Source of the DNA: Gemmatimonadota bacterium
GTDB lineage: Bacteria; Gemmatimonadota; Gemmatimonadetes; Palauibacterales; Palauibacteraceae
DNA: 64,000 bases
Assembly (NCBI GenBank): GCA_046758745.1
Contig: JBHIAV010000002.1
Span: 49,441-113,440 of the forward strand
Reading direction: 5' to 3'
Shown here one piece after another: positions 8,509 through 17,346 of this stretch. The notes under the pieces are model-generated. The model worked only from the letters and a program-made list of their open reading frames with translations, had not been told where the DNA came from and made no database searches. The first letter of the stretch is position 1. Every line of letters begins with the position of its first letter. Position numbers and translations under genes: made by a program.

Positions 8509-10235
8509 CGAACGAGCTTCCCTCCGATCGCGGGGTGTACAGTGTTGCCTCCGTGCGCCTTGGCAACATAGAGAGAGGCATCCGCCTCCGCCATCAGGGC
8601 CTCGCTCGTCAGAACGGACCGCGCCGCCCCTGAATGATAAGCGAGACCAATGCTTAGCGTAACCCCCGCCTCTCCCTGTGGCGTATGAACCCGGAAGGTC
8701 TCTGCCTGAGATCGAATCTCCTCGGCCACCCGCGCGGCGCCCTCGGGGTCGGCGTTTACGAGGATAAGAACGAACTCGTCGCCTCCGAAGCGACACGCGA
8801 TGTCGGTGGCCCGGATGGCTCCTCTCAGGATATCGGCGACACCCCGCAGGATGTCGTTGCCGGCTGCGTGACCGAGCCGATCGTTGATCGGCTTGAAGTC
8901 ATCCAGGTCGATGAACAAGACGGCGAGGGAGGTACCGCTCCGATTGGCGCGTGCCACCTCCTGAGCCAAGCGTTCCTCGAGTACCCGATACGTGAAGAGT
9001 CCGGTGAGGGCGTCATGCATGGCGTCGCGTGACGCCTGCTCGACCTGACGTCCCAGGTAGTAAGGGCAGATCGATAGGGTGGCCCGTCCTCGGGAGATGG
9101 CATCGGCGAAGTCGACGCACCTCGCGTGGCCGCAGGCCCCGCAATCCCAGTACGCACCGCCGGGAGCCCTTCCGATTCGCTCGAGCACGCGAGCCGCTTG
9201 CGCGGAGTCGGCCGGTGGAAGCGCCGCGGCATTCGGCTCGAAGGAGGCGCTGAGATCCAGAGCCGGCGGAACATCGACTACGGGCTCCCCGGAACGCCCG
9301 CCTTCCGCGAGCTCGGCGATCGCTTTGCGCCAGAAAAGGTCCTCATGCCGCCCGAAGGCGGGATGATCGAGGCTGCCCTCGAACGGTAGGACGTCGAGGA
9401 AGCCGAGTTCGCGTTCGCTGCTGACCACCGCTTGGGCGACGGCGCTCAGGGCGTGCAGGCCCCGGATCTTGCTGAACCGCCGCGATGAGAGGGACTCCTC
9501 CTCAAGCATGGCCAGCGGAAGCCCACCCGCGGTGGAGAGGTGACGGCGCCGCTCCGGCGGGATGCGCTCGAGCGTGAGGGGCTGCCTCTCCGGGTCCGCG
9601 CCCTTGTGGATCAAGAGATCCTTCAGCTCCTCGAAGGAGATGCATGCGCTGATACCCTGTTCGTCGCGGTCCGGCCCTGGAGTCGCCAGACCAGCGTAGA
9701 TGATCCTGTATTCTGGCCCGTAATGGGTGCGAAGAAACCGACCGAGGGCAACGGCAGGCGTGACGATGGGCGCCAGGAAGGGCAGCAGGGCGGGGAGCCT
9801 GACTCGGCAGTAGTCGACCACGATGGAGCTGGTGGAGCGGATCCACGTCCTGGGGGAATCTTCCCGCCACAGGCGCAGATACTCGTGCGCCACCAGCTCA
9901 TCGCCCAAGGTCTCAAAGTATACGCCGTGAAAGCCCGCCCGGAAGCAGGCGTTGATGATCTGCTCTGGCGTGGCCGGGTGGAAACTGACGGCCACTTCGG
10001 CCGGTAAGATGAGGATCGCCCGGTCCTTCTCGATGGCTTCCCGCACCTCCCGGATGTCACCGACGACGTCGATAGCATCGTGGTGGCAGGCCGGAACGCA
10101 AAGGCCGCACTCGATGCACGTCTCCCCGACGATCCGCACCTCGTTCCCCGAAACGGCGATCGCCTCGACGGGACAGACGCGGACGCAGGCCATGCACGCC
10201 GTGCAGTTGTCGTTGACCGAGAAGCTAAGGTTCAC
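8505..10235 (-). CDS. Diguanylate cyclase with 2x[4Fe-4S] ferredoxin, degenerate [FeFe]-hydrogenase large-subunit-like domain and small Fe-S domain
   Basis: CTACMACVRVCP and CIECGLCVPAC; DCGACGHARC...CP; HDALTGL, IDLDDFKPIND, RATD I-site 5 residues before GGDEF. Confidence 0.9.
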   Translation of the reverse strand: MNLSFSVNDNCTACMACVRVCPVEAIAVSGNEVRIVGETCIECGLCVPACHHDAIDVVGDIREVREAIEKDRAILILPAEVAVSFHPATPEQIINACFRAGFHGVYFETLGDELVAHEYLRLWREDSPRTWIRSTSSIVVDYCRVRLPALLPFLAPIVTPAVALGRFLRTHYGPEYRIIYAGLATPGPDRDEQGISACISFEELKDLLIHKGADPERQPLTLERIPPERRRHLSTAGGLPLAMLEEESLSSRRFSKIRGLHALSAVAQAVVSSERELGFLDVLPFEGSLDHPAFGRHEDLFWRKAIAELAEGGRSGEPVVDVPPALDLSASFEPNAAALPPADSAQAARVLERIGRAPGGAYWDCGACGHARCVDFADAISRGRATLSICPYYLGRQVEQASRDAMHDALTGLFTYRVLEERLAQEVARANRSGTSLAVLFIDLDDFKPINDRLGHAAGNDILRGVADILRGAIRATDIACRFGGDEFVLILVNADPEGAARVAEEIRSQAETFRVHTPQGEAGVTLSIGLAYHSGAARSVLTSEALMAEADASLYVAKAHGGNTVHPAIGGKLVR

Positions 10236-10667
10236 GACTGCGTCCGCTCGGTGCGTGTATCATGAAACGGCCCCGATCATGGCGGGTCCGAGGGCCTCTC
10301 CGGTGACCGGCGAGGGGTACAAGAAACATACCCGGGCCCAGGTCCCGTGGGAAGCGCGGATCGGTCGTCGGGGTAGGAGTGTAACCACTGTAACGTGTTA
10401 CTACAACGTACATTACGTCCGTGTGGAAATCGTCGTCTGCTATTCCGGCAGACACGTCCGTGGAGCGGGTGGCCGACCTGTGGCGTCTGGACAACGGGAC
10501 TCTGTGTCTCCCGAAGAGCGCCTTTCGCACCGAACCGGGCCCCTGAACCGGCCCCTGGGGGGCCCCTGGCACTCGCCCTCTCACGGGGCGGCGTGTAAGA
10601 TGTGCACGGCAGAGGCGGCCGGTGCTAGCGCGCGGAGCGGTCGACGAACCTATCGGGATCAAGGGAG

Positions 10668-10967
10668 ATGGGTGGGTCTGCACTTCTCAAGAAACTGCTG
10701 TGGCGCCTCGACGGTGCCGCCGACAGCGCCAAGGTCGAATTCATCAGCGAGGCCGGCAACCGATGGGAGGCTGAGTTGTCGCTTCACTCCGGTACCGATC
10801 CCCAGTCCCCCCGCCTCATGATACTGTTCCGGAACCGGTCCGCCCCGCACACATCGCAGCGCTACAATCTCGCGCCGATCGGGGTGTCCAAGGTCCCCCG
10901 TGAGGCGGCGAAACAGCTCAGTGAGGCGGAGCTTCGGGAGCTCCTCGCAACCTCCGTGGAGCTGTAG
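10668..10967 (+). CDS. Small hypothetical protein (paralog 1)
   Basis: 99 aa, GGGAG RBS, ends [16 protein letters not shown]. Confidence 0.7.
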   Translation: MGGSALLKKLLWRLDGAADSAKVEFISEAGNRWEAELSLHSGTDPQSPRLMILFRNRSAPHTSQRYNLAPIGVSKVPREAAKQLSEAELRELLATSVEL

Positions 10968-10975
10968 GAAGCCCG

Positions 10976-11212
10976 GTGGCCCGGACGATCTACGATGACG
11001 GCCTCCTCAAGTGGGAGGTGTACGTCAGCGGCGGGCAGCCGAACTCGAAGGTGGCCGCCCGAATCTTCTTTCTCTGCCTCGACGCTCCGATGACGCCCGC
11101 CCGCTGTGTGCTACGGGAAGACGGCGACGTCGCCGCCGCCCAGCGAGCCATCATGGAAATGAGCGACGATGATCTCAGAGAGCTGCTCGCAACGAGCGTC
11201 GAAGTCGGCTGA
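10976..11212 (+). CDS. Small hypothetical protein (paralog 2)
   Basis: 78 aa, GTG start 8 nt after the previous stop, ends [17 protein letters not shown]. Confidence 0.7.
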   Translation: MARTIYDDGLLKWEVYVSGGQPNSKVAARIFFLCLDAPMTPARCVLREDGDVAAAQRAIMEMSDDDLRELLATSVEVG

Positions 11213-11217
11213 CGAGC

Positions 11218-11841
11218 ATGCCAGGGGACGGCCGCGAAGGCTGGATCGAGGTCATCACGGGCGTGATGTTCAGCGGAAAGTCCGAGGAGCTCCTCCGTCG
11301 AGTCCGCCGCGCCCTCATTGCGCGAAAGACCGTCCAGGTCTTCAAGTCCCATCTAGACGACCGATACAGCGGAATCCAGACGATCAGCTCGCACGATGGG
11401 CGGACGATCGAAGCCGTGCCGACTTCCCACTCCCGCGACGTGGCGGAGCGAGTGAGTGACGATACGCAGGTCGTCGCCATCGACGAGGTCCAGTTCCTCG
11501 ACCCCGGCATCGTGACGGTCGTGAACAAGCTGGCGGACGAGGGAAGACGGGTAATCGTCTCTGGAACGGACATGGATTTCCGGGGGCTTCCCTTTGGGCC
11601 GGTCGGCGATCTGCTTGCCGTGGCCGAGCGGATCGACAAGCTGCACGCCATCTGCGTCGTGTGCGGGGAGCTCGCGACTCGCAACCAGCGCCTGATCGAC
11701 GGGCGGCCCGCACCCGCCGAGGGGCCGACGATCCAGGTCGGGGGCGCGGAGTCGTACGAGGCCCGCTGTCGACGATGTCACGAGGTGCCGTCGGCCCTCG
11801 ATGCTCAGATCCGACTCGTCGTGGAGGAGCAAGCTCCCTGA
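11218..11841 (+). CDS. tdk: Thymidine kinase
   Basis: [12 protein letters not shown]-loop, IDEVQF, Zn-binding CVVC...[14 protein letters not shown]. Confidence 0.96.
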   Translation: MPGDGREGWIEVITGVMFSGKSEELLRRVRRALIARKTVQVFKSHLDDRYSGIQTISSHDGRTIEAVPTSHSRDVAERVSDDTQVVAIDEVQFLDPGIVTVVNKLADEGRRVIVSGTDMDFRGLPFGPVGDLLAVAERIDKLHAICVVCGELATRNQRLIDGRPAPAEGPTIQVGGAESYEARCRRCHEVPSALDAQIRLVVEEQAP

Positions 11842-11862
11842 GACGTCCGGGACGACGGTCCA

Positions 11863-13020
11863 CTACAGCGGGAAAGCGTGCACCGCCGTCGCCTTGATGG
11901 AGATGAAGACCCTGGTCCCGGGAGCGAGCCCGAGTTCCCTGCCGGCGGCTCGCGTGACCACGGCGATCACTTCCGGCGGACCGTCCATCCGGACTCGCAG
12001 CAGGCCCCCGGCCTCGCGTACGTCGGCGACTACAGCGGCGAAGCGGTTTCGCGCGCTGCTCAGTCGAGCCGGCTGCTTCGACAAGAGGAGATCCTCTGGC
12101 CGGTAGGCGAGCTTCACGGCCGCTCCGCGGGTGGCGTTCCCGATCGCCCGGATCAGGACTCCGTCCACATCCACCTGCAACAGGCCGCCCTCTTCTCCCG
12201 CTACCGTACCCCGCAGCGACAGCTCGGCGCCCGTGGTCTCGGCGATGAAGGGATCGCGTGGGTCTTCGAAAAGCTCAGCCGGGGTGCCGACCTGGACAAC
12301 CCGCCCCTCGCGGAGCACCGTCACCCGGTCGGCCAGATAGAACGCCTCGTTTCGATCGTGCGTCGCGAGGAGTGTGGCACGCCCCCGGCTTCGTGCAGCT
12401 CGCTCCAGATCCTCGCGCAGGAGGAGGCGAACCTCGGCGTCCAGGTTGGCCGTCGGCTCGTCGAGGAAGAGGACGTCGGGGTCGAGCGCGAGGGCCCGGG
12501 CGATCGCCACGCGCTGCATCTCGCCACCGGAGAGCGACCGGGCGTCGGCGTCGAGGAGATGCTCGATGCCGAGCTGCCGCGCCGCTTCCTCGGCGCACAT
12601 CCTCCGCTCGGCCGCCCTGGTGCGCCCGAGCCGAAGGCCGAGCTCCACGTTCCAGCCCACGGACCCCGCCCACACATGCGGCCTCTGAAAGACGGCGGCG
12701 GAGGAGCGCCGGAGCGCCGCCTCGGCTCCGGCACCTGCCTCGCCCCGATAGCGCACGCTCCCCGACGCCGGGGACTCCAGCATCGCCAGGACCCGAAGGA
12801 GAGTCGATTTCCCGGCTCCGTTCGGTCCCAGCACGGCTAGGATCTCCCCCTCTCTCAGCCCGATCCGCTCGATGGCGAGCACCGGCCGGTCGCCGTAGCG
12901 CACCTCGATTCCCTCGCCCACGATGACCTCGTTCCAGGCGTCGTGGCGCGCGCGCGCGGACGTCTCGCCGCGCAGTCGGCTGTAGAGCCGCGAAGGGTCG
13001 GCGGTGCGTGCGTCGGCCAT
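11863..13020 (-). CDS. tupC: Tungstate/molybdate ABC transporter ATP-binding protein with TOBE domain
   Basis: GPNGAGKS, LSGGE, FLDEP, C-terminal SSARN/TOBE. ATG 13020 is coupled to the permease stop (TGATG). Confidence 0.82.
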   Translation of the reverse strand: MADARTADPSRLYSRLRGETSARARHDAWNEVIVGEGIEVRYGDRPVLAIERIGLREGEILAVLGPNGAGKSTLLRVLAMLESPASGSVRYRGEAGAGAEAALRRSSAAVFQRPHVWAGSVGWNVELGLRLGRTRAAERRMCAEEAARQLGIEHLLDADARSLSGGEMQRVAIARALALDPDVLFLDEPTANLDAEVRLLLREDLERAARSRGRATLLATHDRNEAFYLADRVTVLREGRVVQVGTPAELFEDPRDPFIAETTGAELSLRGTVAGEEGGLLQVDVDGVLIRAIGNATRGAAVKLAYRPEDLLLSKQPARLSSARNRFAAVVADVREAGGLLRVRMDGPPEVIAVVTRAAGRELGLAPGTRVFISIKATAVHAFPL

Positions 13021-13718
13021 CACGCGAGAAGCGGTCTCCGCAGCGTTCCGCGTCCGAGCATGATGAGCACCAGGTTCACGCCGAACGCGATGAAGAGTAG
13101 GATGAAGCCGAGCGCGATCGCGACGCCGAAGTTCCCGCGCCGCGTCTCCAGCACGATCGTCGTGGTCATCACGCGGGTCTCGCCGAGGATATTGCCGCCG
13201 ACGATCATGACTGCTCCCACCTCGCTGATGATCGCCCCGAAGCCGGCTGCCACGGCGGCGACCATGGACCCCCTCACCTCCCGTAGGTGAAGCCACATGG
13301 CCTGCCAGCGCGTCGCGCCCAGGCTCCGCGCCTGGAGCCGCACGTCGGCGGGGACGCTCTCGACCGCGGCGAGGGTCACGGCCGCGATGTACGGACCCGC
13401 CAGGACCACCTGAGCGAGGACCATCGCGGTGGGTGAGTACAGGAGACCCAGGGGACCGAGCGGGCCGGCGCGGGAGAGGAGGAGGTACACGCCGAGACCT
13501 ACCACGACGGGAGGAAGAGCCAGCCCCGTGTTCACCAGCGCCACGGCGGAGGTGCGGAGCCGGAAGCGGCCGAGCGCGACGGCGATCCCGATCGGAAGAC
13601 CGATCAGCGTCGCGAGGAGGAGCGCCGTGCCCGAGATGGCTAGAGATCGGAGGACCACTTCGGCGACGTAGAGGTCCCCCGAAACGAGAAGATCCCACGC
13701 ATCGCCGAAGGGGTTCAT
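13020..13718 (-). CDS. tupB: Tungstate ABC transporter permease
   Basis: LPPVVVGL, ISEVGAVMIVGGNI, TRVMTTTIVLET; ATGA coupling with tupA. Confidence 0.88.
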   Translation of the reverse strand: MNPFGDAWDLLVSGDLYVAEVVLRSLAISGTALLLATLIGLPIGIAVALGRFRLRTSAVALVNTGLALPPVVVGLGVYLLLSRAGPLGPLGLLYSPTAMVLAQVVLAGPYIAAVTLAAVESVPADVRLQARSLGATRWQAMWLHLREVRGSMVAAVAAGFGAIISEVGAVMIVGGNILGETRVMTTTIVLETRRGNFGVAIALGFILLFIAFGVNLVLIMLGRGTLRRPLLA

Positions 13719-14563
13719 CGGGGCGTACGGCCCGGGGTACGCGGCAGCGGCGAAAAAAGTCCCACGCCGAACCGCTCCCGCCCGAAGGCGTCGATGCGCC
13801 GGATGCCCTCCGGCGAAGTGAGCCAGCGAGCGAAGGCGTGTGCCCCGTCGGCGTTCCCAGCGTCGCTCACCTCGATCACCGAATAGAAGTTCCGCAGGAG
13901 GGAGTCCCCCTCGACGAGGACCTCGAGGTCGAGCGACCGTCCCATGCCCACGAGCGTCGCGCGGTCGGTGAGCAGGTAGGCCCTCCGCTCGCTCGCCACC
14001 TGAAGGGTTGCGCCCATGCCCTGGCCGATCTCGCGGTACCAGGATCCCGACGGCTCCACTCCGGCGGCCTCCCACAGCTCGCGCTCCCGGAGGTGTGTCC
14101 CGGAGCCGTCCCCGCGCGAGACGAACAGCGTCTCGAGTCGGGCGATGGTGCGGAGCGCCGCCGCCGCGGATTCAGCGCCGCGGGCTCCTGCTGGATCCTC
14201 CGCCGGCCCGGCTATGACGAAGTCGTTGCGCATGAACGGAGTCCGGTCATGCCCGTAGCCGGCCTCGACGAATTCGCGCTCGGCCGCGGGCGCGTGTACC
14301 ACCAGCACGTCGACGTCGCCCCGGCGGCCGAGAGCCAGGGCCTCCCCCGAACCGACGGCGATCACCTTCACGGAGAGCTCCGGCTGGGCGGCCTCGAACG
14401 CGGGGATCAGCTCGTCGAACAGTCCGGAGTCGTGGACCGAGGTCGTGGCTCCGACGAGCAGGGGCCGAGGGCCGCCGCCGCACCCCACCGATGCGAGCGA
14501 GAGGAGCCCGAGGAGGAGCGGAGCGCAACGAGCTCGCGGCGGACCACGCCGCTTGCGCCTCAC
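13715..14563 (-). CDS. tupA: Tungstate ABC transporter substrate-binding lipoprotein
   Basis: ATTSVHDSGL, AVGSGEAL, VLVVHAP, FVSRGDGSGTH, GQGMGATL; lipobox SVGC; GTGA coupling with the upstream gene. Confidence 0.88.
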   Translation of the reverse strand: MRRKRRGPPRARCAPLLLGLLSLASVGCGGGPRPLLVGATTSVHDSGLFDELIPAFEAAQPELSVKVIAVGSGEALALGRRGDVDVLVVHAPAAEREFVEAGYGHDRTPFMRNDFVIAGPAEDPAGARGAESAAAALRTIARLETLFVSRGDGSGTHLRERELWEAAGVEPSGSWYREIGQGMGATLQVASERRAYLLTDRATLVGMGRSLDLEVLVEGDSLLRNFYSVIEVSDAGNADGAHAFARWLTSPEGIRRIDAFGRERFGVGLFSPLPRTPGRTPR

Positions 14564-15822
14564 CCGTACCGGATCCAGCGAACCAGCTCCGGAACGTTGG
14601 GCCGCTTCCCTTTCATCAGGATCCCGACTCGGTATATGCGACCGGCGAGCCACGCCGCCCCGAAGACGGAGGCGATGAGCAGAGCCACGGAGGCGGCTAC
14701 CTGCCGCGCGTCGACGTTCCCGACCGTGAGGCGCACCAGCATGAGGATCGGGCTGAAGAACGGAACGAGCGACACCGTGACGGCCCAGGCAGCGTCGGGG
14801 TTGTCGATCACGCCCGGGAGGATCATCACCGGGATCACCAGGGGGATGACGAACGGGAGCATGACCTGTTGGATGTCCTGTTCGCTCCCGAGCATCGCGC
14901 CGGCCGCGGCGAAGAGACCCGCGTACAACAGGTAGCCGAGGACGAAGTAGACGAGGGCCATGACGGCCAGCCCAATGGGGAAGCGGAAACCGGCGAGGTC
15001 GATGCCGAGCCTGGCCAGGGCGGGACCTGCACCCGCCAGGGCGTACAGGGCGAAGGCGGCGAGCATGAGGGCCCAGATCGCCACCTGGGTGAGCCCGACG
15101 CCGCCCACCCCCACGATCTTCCCAAGCATCATCTCCCGCGGCCGGACGCTCGACACCATGATCTCGACGATGTCCGAGGTCTTCTCCTCCTGCACCCCCC
15201 GGGTGATCATCTGGCCGTAAACCAGGAACATCATATACAGGATCATCGCCATGGTGAAGCCGAGCACCTGGTAGGCTTCCTCCGACCCACCGCGTCCCTC
15301 GCGCAGGTCCTGCACCTCCAGTTCCGCGCCCCTCAGCAGCTCCTCGACGTCCACCGATGTGACACCCCGCGCCGAAAGCTCCGAGATGAGAATCGCCTCG
15401 TGAACGGCCGTTTCCAACCGGCTCCGGGCCGACATTCCGAGACTTCCGAGGGTGAAGATGGTGACCGCGTGCGACTCGAGCACGTCGGGAGGCACGAGCA
15501 GATAGAGATCGAAGTCCTCGGCCTCAAGGTGCGCCGCCAACTCCCGGTTCGACAGATCCCGACCGGCCGGGAGCGGGATCCCATCCATCTGCTGTGTATG
15601 GAGGGTCTCCGCGAGGCGCAGCGCCGCGCGTCCCTCCGCGTGGTCGAGGATCCCGACACGGAGGATGTCGCCGCCTTCCTCGTCCTCAAGGAGCAGGGCG
15701 GGCAGGAGAATCGCTCCGCCCATGAGGAGCGGGACGAAGATCGTGGTGAAGAGGAACCAGCGGCTGCGGACGCGCTGCACGTATTCTCGGCGGATGATCG
15801 CGCGTGCTCGACGATTCAGCAT
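14560..15822 (-). CDS. ABC-2 type exporter permease (NatB/YhaP-like)
   Basis: IIRREY, EEKTSDIVEIMVSSV, GKIVG, PFFSPILM, multiple TM segments. Confidence 0.88.
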   Translation of the reverse strand: MLNRRARAIIRREYVQRVRSRWFLFTTIFVPLLMGGAILLPALLLEDEEGGDILRVGILDHAEGRAALRLAETLHTQQMDGIPLPAGRDLSNRELAAHLEAEDFDLYLLVPPDVLESHAVTIFTLGSLGMSARSRLETAVHEAILISELSARGVTSVDVEELLRGAELEVQDLREGRGGSEEAYQVLGFTMAMILYMMFLVYGQMITRGVQEEKTSDIVEIMVSSVRPREMMLGKIVGVGGVGLTQVAIWALMLAAFALYALAGAGPALARLGIDLAGFRFPIGLAVMALVYFVLGYLLYAGLFAAAGAMLGSEQDIQQVMLPFVIPLVIPVMILPGVIDNPDAAWAVTVSLVPFFSPILMLVRLTVGNVDARQVAASVALLIASVFGAAWLAGRIYRVGILMKGKRPNVPELVRWIRYG

Positions 15823-16760
15823 CGGGTGCCGTCCTCGGCCGCAGTGCTGCACGCCGTCCGCCGTCCGGCCCGCTCGAGGAAGATCTCGCGGAGGGAGGGT
15901 TCGATGAGCTCGAAGCGCGAGATCCTGACGCCCGCTTCCACCGCGCGCCGCAGGAGCTCCTGGTGGTCGGTCCCGTCGCGCAGGCGGACCTCCACGTATC
16001 GTCCCTGGTCGCTAACGCTCTGCACCAGATCCGGGGCGGAGAGGAAGCCACCATCACCGTCAAAGGAGATCGCCACGTCCCGGCGGCCGGCGGCGGACCT
16101 CACCTCGGCCACCGTTCCGTCAAGCACCTTGCGCGCGCCGGCGATCATACACACGCGTTCGCACAGGCGCTCGGCGTCCTCGATCATGTGGGTCGAGAAG
16201 AGCACCGTGGCCCCTTCTCGCTTCCGTTCGAGGACGATCTGCTTGAGGAGGTCGACGTTGATCGGGTCGAGCCCGGCGAACGGCTCGTCCAGGATGAGCA
16301 GATCGGGGCGGTGGAGGATCGTCGCGATGAACTGAACCTTCTGCTGCATCCCCTTGGAGAGGCTTTCGACTCGATCGTCGGCCCGGGCGCCGAGCTCCAG
16401 CCGATCCAGCCACCGCCGGGCCTCCCGCATGGCGTCTGCGTGGCGGAGACCCTTGAGCTCCCCGAAGAACGCCAGGTGCTCCGCCACACGCATCTTCTGG
16501 TACAGCCCCCGCTCCTCCGGCAGGTAGCCGATCCGGGAGCGGATGTGGTCGTCCACCCGCCTCCCGAGCACTTCGACCGAGCCACTGTCCGGCCCGACGA
16601 TGTCCAGGATGATGCGCAGGGTTGTGGTCTTGCCGGCCCCGTTGGGTCCCAGCAGGCCGCAGATCGTGCCCGCGGGGACCACCAGGTCCAGGTCGCGAAC
16701 CGCTTCGGTGTTCCCGAAGGTCTTGGTGATTCCGTCGAGCCGGATCGCCGCGTCGCTCAC
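15816..16760 (-). CDS. ABC-2 type exporter ATP-binding protein
   Basis: GPNGAGKT, GYLPEERGLY, LSKGMQQK, LDEPF, EPSLREIF. Confidence 0.92.
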   Translation of the reverse strand: MSDAAIRLDGITKTFGNTEAVRDLDLVVPAGTICGLLGPNGAGKTTTLRIILDIVGPDSGSVEVLGRRVDDHIRSRIGYLPEERGLYQKMRVAEHLAFFGELKGLRHADAMREARRWLDRLELGARADDRVESLSKGMQQKVQFIATILHRPDLLILDEPFAGLDPINVDLLKQIVLERKREGATVLFSTHMIEDAERLCERVCMIAGARKVLDGTVAEVRSAAGRRDVAISFDGDGGFLSAPDLVQSVSDQGRYVEVRLRDGTDHQELLRRAVEAGVRISRFELIEPSLREIFLERAGRRTACSTAAEDGTRC

Positions 16761-16911
16761 GCCGGCATGATCAGCCGCGGACGGGGGCGCCGCAAGCCGA
16801 CCCAAGCCCCCGCAGAGGCCGGAGCCGAAAAAAACCCGAAGATTGCTCCCATGCCCGGCGACGAGGGCGGATTCGGGACCCGCGGCGTGGCTTCTGACCG
16901 GGCGGAAGTTG

Positions 16912-16920
16912 TGGTATATT
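16912..16920 (+). promoter_or_regulatory. Possible extended -10 element for the AbrB-like gene
   Basis: TGgTATATT about 100 nt upstream of ATG 17019 in a GC-rich background. Confidence 0.35.
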
Positions 16921-17018
16921 ACCCGCTCACCACCTCACACCTTGAGCCCGGAGGCCCGGCCGGAGGGCCACCGAGCCGCGGACTGTCTTGTCAGCCGCCA
17001 TCTCCGGGAGGATCGAGC

Positions 17019-17201
17019 ATGGGCATCTACCGAGTCCTCTACTATTCCACCGTCACGGTTGGCAGCGGAGGGAGAATCACCATCCCGCAGGAGATGCGCG
17101 AGGATCTCGACTTGGAGGACGGAGACACGCTCACGGCCCGGCTGGAGGAGAGCGAGACGGGGCAGCGTCAGGTCACCCTGTGGAAGCAGGAGCAGGAGTA
17201 G
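17019..17201 (+). CDS. AbrB/MazE/SpoVT family DNA-binding protein (60 aa)
   Basis: GGAGG RBS; 'TVGSGGRITIPQEMREDLDLEDGD' swapped-hairpin signature. It is the 3' end of the spurious 15804..17201 ORF. Confidence 0.85.
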   Translation: MGIYRVLYYSTVTVGSGGRITIPQEMREDLDLEDGDTLTARLEESETGQRQVTLWKQEQE

Positions 17202-17346
17202 GACGAGCCGGGCGGGGACCGGCAGTGGGCCTTTTTCTCGCCCTCTGCGCGATGCCGCGGCAGCCCTTTGGCCCCACGGTGGTGCCGAAATCGCAAGGAG
17301 CGGAGGGTGAGGCGACGGGAGCACGAACGCGACCTTGATGAGGCGG

